This document shows positions 41,901 to 50,900 of a stretch of 64,000 bases of DNA, one piece after another. The translations under genes were made by a program, and so were the position numbers. Positions within the stretch are counted from its first letter, which is position 1; each line of letters begins with the position of its first letter. The notes beneath the pieces are model-generated. The model was not told the origin of the DNA, ran no database searches, and saw only the letters and a program-made list of their open reading frames with translations. Source of the DNA: Nemertoderma westbladi (lineage: Eukaryota; Animalia; Xenacoelomorpha); assembly GCA_032718475.1 (NCBI GenBank), contig JAUCBJ010008014.1, positions 14,318 through 78,317 of the forward strand, given 5' to 3'.

Positions 41901-44900
41901 ATCTCCTGGATAGAACAGATCAAGTGAGTTACATTGAATTATCTCCTGGATAGAACAGATCAAGTGAGTTACATTGAACAGATCAAGTGAGTTACATTGA
42001 ATTATCTCCTGGATAGAACAGATCAAGTGAGTTACATTGAATTATCTCCTGGATAGAACAGATCAAGTGAGTTACATTGAATTATCTCCTGGATAGAACA
42101 GATCAAGTGAGTTACATTGAATTATCTCCTGGATAGAACAGATAAAGTGAGTTACATTGAATTATCTCCTGGATAGAACAGATCAAGTGAGTTACATTGA
42201 ATTATCTCCTGGATAGAACAGATCAAGTGAGTTACATTGAATTATCTCCTGGATAGAACAGATCAAGTGAGTTACATTGAATTATCTCCTGGATAGAACA
42301 GATCAAGTGAGTTACATTGAACAGATCAAGTGAGTTACATTGAATTATCTCCTGGATAGAACAGATCAAGTGAGTTACATTGAACAGATCAAGTGAGTTA
42401 CATTGAATTATCTCCTGGATAGAACAGATCAAGTGAGTTACATTGAATTATCTCCTGGATAGAACAGATCAAGTGAGTTACATTGAATTATCTCCTGGAT
42501 AGAACAGATCAAGTGAGTTACATTGAATTATCTCCTGGATAGAACAGATCAAGTGAGTTACATTGAACAGATCAAGTGAGTTACATTGAATTATCTCCTG
42601 GATAGAACAGATCAAATGAGTTACATTGAATTATCTCCTGGATAGAACAGATCAAGTGAGTTACATTGAATTATCTCCTGGATAGAACAGATCAAGTGAG
42701 TTACATTGAATTATCTCCTGGATAGAACAGATCAAGTGAGTTACATTGAATTATCTCCTGGATAGAACAGATCAAGTGAGTTACATTGAATTATCTCCTG
42801 GATAGAACAGATCAAGTGAGTTACATTGAATTATCTCCTGGAATGTTTTAATTCAGGTACATATCGCCAAATATGTAAAAACAAGACAATATAAACATAA
42901 CAATTTCGTGTAGAAATAGCTGAGATATCGTCGTTGGGAAGCTGCATGATTTAGACTGCGAGGCTATTTAATTGCTAAACCACATCGTAATAAACCCCCG
43001 CAACTCATCATGGGTTGATATTCTGAGGATTTGTAAATATTGTCTCTCACTAGCATCGCGTTGTATTTATTGTCTTGGAAATCATTTTTTCAATATTCAC
43101 CATTTCGTTAGTAATACAGTACAATAAACCCAATAACATTCAACGCTATTGCTGCTGGAAAAATATTCTTTTTGTGATTTCAACCACACCTACAAACACC
43201 TACACAATTTAATTATAAATAGAGATGTTTATGATATTAATATTAATATTATTGCATTTGTGTTTAACATCCATAGATTGTATAAATCATTAAGTAATTA
43301 AACAGGACTAAGGATGAACCAACTCCGTGGTGTAGGTGTTAGCATACCTGAACGTTTATCGGGAGACGCGGGTTCGATCCCCGCTGGTGGCGAATTCATT
43401 TTTTCCGCTCCATTTGCTATAGAGTTGGATCATCCTTAGTCCTGTTTAATTACTTAATAAAATATTAATATTAATATTATATTATAATATTATTTTATGC
43501 ATTTTATTTTATTTATTTTATTTTATTTTTCATATTTTATGTCTGCACTTTTAGCTTTAGGTGCGTTTTTCGATATTAACTTTTCTGTTTTTGTGTTGTA
43601 GGGGAGGCGTTTGGAGTTTATGCGTTATTGTTCCAGTTTTCGGAGTCTCTTGGGTGATCGGTGTTTTTGCTGTAACTGAAGAGGCAGTCGTGTTACAATA
43701 TTTATTCAATATATTAATCTCGACTCAGGTTAGTGAAATTATATATTTGGGTTTCTTATTGCACCATCAGCTCGGGTTAGCCGACCTCTAATCCGAATGT
43801 CTCTAATTATTATCATTTTCGCTCGGTTCAGTTTAGTAAATTAAGCAATGACGTCCAGGTGGGATCGAACTGGTGACCTCCGGGTTGCTCTAACCATTCA
43901 GCTAACGGCTCAGGTAAAAGATAGACCCGGAAATACTATCTGATACCTTGTATGTCCGCAATTGACCTCCTCATTGCCTCCCATCTGCCAATGCCATCAT
44001 ATGCTGCCACTGTGCTCAACCCTACAGTACTTGGCCGTCTTTAACCAACCGTCTACAATGAAAGGATAGTGTGTATATTAACCATGAACCATCTCGGTCA
44101 TTTGATTCATTCTACCCTTTCATTGTAGCGAGTGGTTAAAGGCGGCCAAGTACTGTAGGATTGAGCCCAGTGGCAGCATATGATGGTATTGACAGATAGG
44201 AGGCCATGAGGAGGTAAATTGCGGACATACAAGGTATCAGATAGTATTTCCGGGTCTATCTTTTACCTGAGCCGTTAGCTGAATGGTTATACCAACCCGG
44301 ACCAGTTCGATCCCACCTGGACGTCATTGTCGAATTCGCTAAACTGCGCCCAACGAATATTATAGTAATATCTAATATAAAACCACTAATTTTGCCTTAA
44401 ATACCTCTAATATCCCATTTCCTGTAAACAACATAACAAGAAAATGGTATTTTAAGTTTCGCCATTTTGTTTAACACAATGAAATATTAGAGTAAAATCA
44501 CTAGTAACTACTTATGAAACGCGACCATTTCGTACATGTTCAGTATGTTACGGATTAACGTTAGGTTATTAACTGTTCATTCACTCTGGTTGAATTCAAC
44601 TACTCCAATGATACGATTACAAATTGATTTAAGTCTCAAACATTTTGTTTTATTAAATTGTCTGTCAATAGTATTATTAAATCATGAAAAAAAAACAATA
44701 AATAGTTGCGTTACCTGCAATGATGTTATTATTCTGTGGCGCGGATTACCATAATGCGGCTATTATTATTATGTAACACATATAATGTGGCAACGAATAT
44801 CGCTACATCAACATTTACAATAAATAATATACATAAATACAGAAAACAAATTTTGTAGATCTTTATGGACCAGTTTTCTGGGAATTTATCAGACTCGTAG

Positions 44901-47900
44901 TTATTGTCGGACAGACTAACTCGACTATTCTCGAACTAACACACGTCACCAACTCGACTATTCTCGAACTAACTCACGTCACCAACTCGACTATTCTCGA
45001 ACTAACTCACGTCACTAACTCGACTATTCTCGACCTAACTCACGTCACTAACTCGACTATTCTCGATCTAACTCACGTCACTAACTCGAATATTGTTCAA
45101 TAAACTACAATTAGTTAACTATTTTCTTAAACAATAATTTACTATGTTCTCTTTTTGTATTTCAGGGAGTTTTTATATTTATTTTTCATTGTCTCATGGC
45201 GAAACCTGTGCGAGACGCGTTGCGGAGGAAAGGATACTTAGCGAAAGGGATTAGAGGACCTCGATCTGGTACAAGTAGTGCGGTAAGTAATAGAAAGGAT
45301 TAGAAGCAACAGATCTGGTACAAGCGGTGCGGTAAGTAATAGAAAGGATTAGAGGCAACAGATCTGGTACAAGCAGTGCGGTAAGTAATAGAAAGGATTA
45401 GAGGCAACAGATCTGGTACAAGCAGTGCGGTAAGTAATAGAAAGGATTAGAGGCAACAGATCTGGTACAAGCAGTGCGGTAAGTAATAGAAAGGATTAGA
45501 GGCAACAGATCTGGTACAAGCAGTGCGGTAAGTAATAGAAAGGATTAGAGGCAACAGATCTGGTACAAGTAGTGCGGTAAGTAATAGAAAGGATTAGAAG
45601 CAACAGATCTGGTACAAGCGGTGCGGTAAGTAATAGAAAGGATTAGAGGCAACAGATCTGGTACAAGCAGTGCGGTAAGTAATAGAAAGGATTAGAGGCA
45701 ACAGATCTGGTACAAGCAGTGCGGTGAGTAATAGAGAGGATTAGAGGCAACAGATCTGGTACAAGCAGTGCGGTAAGTAATAGAAAGGATTAGATGCAAC
45801 AGATCTGGTACAAGCAGTGCGGTAAGTAATAGAAAGGATTAGAGGCAACAGATCTGGTACAAGCGGTGCGGTAAGTAATAGAAAGGATTAGAGGCAACAG
45901 ATCAGTGCGGTAAGTAATAGAAAGGATTAGAGGCAACAGATCTGGTACAAGCAGTGCGGTAACTAATAGAAAGGATTAGAGGCAACAGATCTGGTACAAG
46001 CAGTGCGGTAAGTAATAGAAAGGATTAGAGGCAACAGATCTGGTACAAGCAGTGCGGTAAGTAATAGAAAGGATTAGAGGCCCTCGATCTGGTACAAGTA
46101 GTGCGGTAAGTAATAGAAAGGATTAGAGGCAACAGATCTGGTACGAGCAGTGCGGTAAGTAATAGAAAGGATTAGAGGCAACAGATCTGGTACAAGCAGT
46201 GCGGTAAGTAATAGAGAGGATTAGATGCAACAGATCTGGTGCAAGCAGTGTGGTAAGTAATAGAAAGGATTAGAGGCTACAGATCTGGTACAAGCAGTGC
46301 GGTAAGTAATAGAAAGGATTAGAGGCAACAGATCTGGTACAAGCAGTGCGGTAAGTAATAGAAAGGATTAGAGGCAACAGATCTGGTACAAGCAGTGCGG
46401 TAAGTAATAGAAAGGATTAGAGGCAACAGATCTGGTACAAGTAGTGCAGTAAGTAATAGAAAGGATTAGAGGCAACAGATCTGGTACAAGTAGTGCAGTA
46501 AGTAATAGAAAGGATTAGAGGCAACAGATCTGGTACAAGCAGTGCGGTAAGTAATAGAAAGGATTAGAGGCAACAGATCTGGTACAAGCAGTGCGGTAAG
46601 TAATAGAAAGGATTAGAGGCAACAGATCTGGTACAAACAGGGCGGTAAGTAATAGAAAGGATTAGAGGCAACAGATCTGGTACAAGCAGTGCTGTAAGCT
46701 GATTAGAAATATGGAACAAATTATAATTTTGAATGGGAGAGTCTTTAATGCTCATCAATCCAACGAATACCTGTTCGCATCATAAACAGAAAGGAGACAC
46801 AGCAAGACTCGCCTCAGTCTGCTGGAATCAATTACTGGGCTGATTTACATGCTAATAAACTCCTCCCTGCTTACTGTATAGTTGTCACATAGGAGTAGGC
46901 CAGAACCAAAGTTCGGCTAACAGATACACTTTGCTGTGTGACAATACCGCATGGCAGCTTTGTGAGAGCGCAATGGTGACCTATTACATAGGGTTTGGGT
47001 TACAGCGCTCCGAAAACACGGAGGGCGCTGTTAAAGAGAAGTCAAAACGTGACGAAAATCCGCCGTGCTGTCACTGCGAATGTAAATATGTGAACCGGGA
47101 TTAAGATAAAAGTTTATTTCATTAGATTTTTTAAATGTTTTTAATTTAATTAAAGTTTAATTGATTCGAATAGGCCGATCCCCCGACGTTGTCTACCACG
47201 GCTCGGAAGAGTTCGGCATTCCCGTCGTCTTCATCCAATCCCGATTCGATGACGAAGAAATACAGTAAAAGTAATTGGTCCAATCACAAGATCGAGTTGA
47301 ATACGAGATCCCCGACTCCTCCAATGAACGCTGCCGGTGATTCGAACTCAATCAAGCCGTTGATAGAGATCCAACCAGCTGTTATCGCAACCACTGGGGT
47401 CAAACAGCAGTTAGATATTGACGAATTAGCTGATAGTTCAGGTAGAAATAAACATGATCTACTACTGGAAACAACTAATACTTAATTGTTTACTTTTTGT
47501 GTTTTGTTAGTAAATTTGTAGTTGCTTAACATTAATCTTTAAGATTTATTACTAATTGGTTTTGTTGAAAACGGCTTAGCGAAAGTCGCCAGTTTTTATT
47601 TGGAGGTTTTTTTGAGACGTTTTTTCTTCTTTTTTTCAGACGGGTAAACTGACCCAAATAACGTCCCACATATTACCTGAGCCAATTAATACCGATTGAA
47701 TATTAACATTTATCTCTTCAAAATAAAAAGTTTGTGGAACAAAATACAATTTCAAACTGTTAAATATCGAAGTTACGATTTCTTCTGGAATCCATTTTTT
47801 TCATACAGATAACGTTATGTCATTCAATTATTTTTACTCCGTTTTTATTGAACGTTTTTTTGGGACAGTTTCTTGTCTGAAAAAAGTGGAAAATCGATCC

Positions 47901-50900
47901 GTTATTGTTTGAGTTATAAAATGTTACATCGTATTTTTTTTTGTTAATATTTTAATTATAATTTATTCGTTAAACTAATTTTGACGTAATTATTTATACA
48001 ACTTAATGCCGGTATATATAATATTAACTATATAATATGCAATCAGTTCAAAACATCTCGTTTTATTATGTTACTCCATTGTATTATAGCAGTTCCCGTT
48101 ACTCACAATAAACCTTGCTGAACGTTTTAGGTAAATCTTTCTCATTTCGTGGTCCGGATAAATATAATATAAATTGTGCATTAACAGCTCGAAGTGCCTT
48201 CGCGAGGCACGTGAAATAAATTAATGTTAATTGTCAACTCGAAAAAGTTATAAGCAAAATATAAGCAGATTTCTCCTAATCACTTTTACTCCCTAGCGGC
48301 AGACTGAGTAACTGCAGACGGTTTAATAAAACCTCAGTCTGAGCTCAGTTGAGGGGCGGAACAAATATCAGCTGATATAAAGGTAAAGGTAAAAGGTGTA
48401 CGGACAAATTTAAATGCGTACGGTCAATTCCGACCGGGGCAATTCCGACCCACACAATTCCGAATTACAAATATAAAACTGTATCTTTCGTTTATTGTTT
48501 TGGTTAGAATTACGTGTCTACACTGAAAAAACACAACCGCGGTTCTAAATTAAACCAACGGTTGTACATTTTAACTTGTGGTTATAAATTGTGAACCAGT
48601 GGTTATTTTTAAAAACCGTGGTTTGAAAATAGAAGAAATGATATGATTTTTAAACCGCCGGTTTTCGATTAAAAACCGGGGGTTATAAAATACTGTCACT
48701 CGAAATTAAATGTGCAGTCGGAGTATGGATTTAAACCGCTGGTTTTCTAAACACAAACCGGAGGTTATAAAATACTGTCATTCGAAATTAAGTATAATAG
48801 TATTAAGTCTATATAGAACGCCATGATGTCATACCACATTCCCCTCGAGCCAGTATTTTGAAAATTCAATATCCCGCCACCTCAGCCATGCCATAATGAC
48901 CAGCTTGTGTGCATACCAGCATAGCGCAGTAGGACAGCAGCACAGTCCTTATTGTTCTGCTGTACAGGCCGCAGGTCGGGCCTACACAGTACTGCAGTAC
49001 CAATTGCGTTTCCGGTTTGTGTTTAGCCAGTGCTGCGCGGCAGTACAGCAGTAGGCCTAACTGGTCTGGCATGGTACTAGTAGGTTAGGTCTATATTTAT
49101 TATTGAGGCGTTTTTTGTGTTTTTGGAACCACCATTCCGTTGCCATGTTTGTTAACCCATTTTGACAGAATGCTGTACCTGTACGCGGTACCGGTACTGT
49201 AAATGTCATACCTTAACTGTTATTACTATCGCATACCGGTATGCTCCTAGGGTGGAGTGAAAAAAACTCTTTTTTTCAAATGAAGTTGGAAATGAAGAAA
49301 GTACGTGAAACGGAAAATATGGAAACAAACCTTCTTGAGAAAGCGGTCAGTTTGGGCGAGGAGGGTGCCACTACCACTACTAAGAAACGAAATATAACGA
49401 CAAATAAAAACACAAATAAACGCGCCCGACACCATGCCTTTGTTATAGACGAAGCTGTCAGGCTGTCGAAGTTCTCGAAAGTGACGAAAGTGAGGAGATG
49501 TCCGGTGATGAGGGTGAATCATCTGGAATTGATACCGGTAGTTTAATCGAAGCGAAAAAAGTAGGAGAATGTGTGTGGGCCAAACTATCCAAGAAGGATA
49601 TATTTTGGCCCAGCAAAGTGTGCGAACCCTATGGTAAACCGAGAAGCATTCATCGTCCCCACTGGGTATATTTTTTCGGAACCCATAATTATGGTTGGGT
49701 CAGCAGTGGCCTCATAATAGCGTATGAAGCAGACAATAACCCCGACAAAGAGCGGAAGAATAAGGGGAAGAAGTTTGAGCAAGGAGTACTGGAACTGGAA
49801 TTGGAGAGGGTTGGGCCACAGGAGTCATAGGGTATCGCCTATGTAAATGTTTATACCTGTTATGTTTACCTGATAATATAATTAATGATATTATTAATTA
49901 GTTGAATATTGAGAATGGAGACGCTTGAATAAGAATTAATAATATGCTGAATTATATAAACTTTTATTATCTGATTTGGGGGTGGGGGGGGGGGGGGGGT
50001 TAATAAACCACGGTTACCTTCGGAAAACCACTGGTAATATTGTGAATAAACCACGGTTATAATTGGAGAATCGGCGTTTGTGTTTTAAGAAATCACGGTT
50101 ATTTTTAGAAAACGGCCGTCGGTTACGGTGAATAAACCGCGGTTTTTTTTTTGACAACCCTTAATTTATAACCCTGGTTATTTATATGAAAAAACCGCCG
50201 GTTCCCCGAAAAAACCCCGGTTAAAATGCAACAAAAACCACCGGCGGTTTTTTCGGGAAACTGGCGGTTTTTTAAGGTAAAACAGGGGTTATGTTTTTTC
50301 AGTGTATGTAACGTGGTTCTTTCCCGTAATTGGTAATTAACATTGATATTTCGACGAGACGAGATATAATAAATACAAAAACAATCTGTTTCGCATCGAT
50401 TTGAAAACACATCCAAACACGGTCGCATTAAATAAACTATCACGGGTATGTAAATCACTGGGAATCAAGCAGCCATTTACTACATCGTTTCTGGGTCAAG
50501 CAACCAACCCCCACCTACAACAGGTAGGTAGCATGGGTGCATCACTGGTGGTGGGAGTGGGAGAGATCAAAAATCATAGAAACAATGTTATCAAATGAAA
50601 ATGGTGTTTCGTATTTGTGTTTCGTTTCTGTTTTGTTTTATTTCGTATTTGTGCGGATGTTAGTTGCGGGGCGGGTGGGGTATGGTGTTGCCTTCCTTGT
50701 TGTGTTTCTTATTTTTGTCGGTCTACCAGAAAACCGGTTGAATACAATATGCATAAAGTACCACTTCGCTAAGACTCTATCTGTATGTCCACTTTCTTTA
50801 AAATAGAGAGTAACTACTGTTGTAACCCACCAACACTTGCAGTGATTAAATCTCCCAGAACTACCACTTTTTTTAACACCTGCATCACTGGGTATGATAA

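Noticed and set aside
43324-43392. Functional tRNA gene (GTT in the loop)
   Set aside because: The anticodon loop and acceptor stem are non-canonical, and it sits inside inverted repeats; treated as tRNA-derived.
47640-47698. Alternative terminal exon after a strong acceptor
   Set aside because: In phase 1 it adds only DG-stop; it cannot be distinguished from the 51703 route without transcripts.
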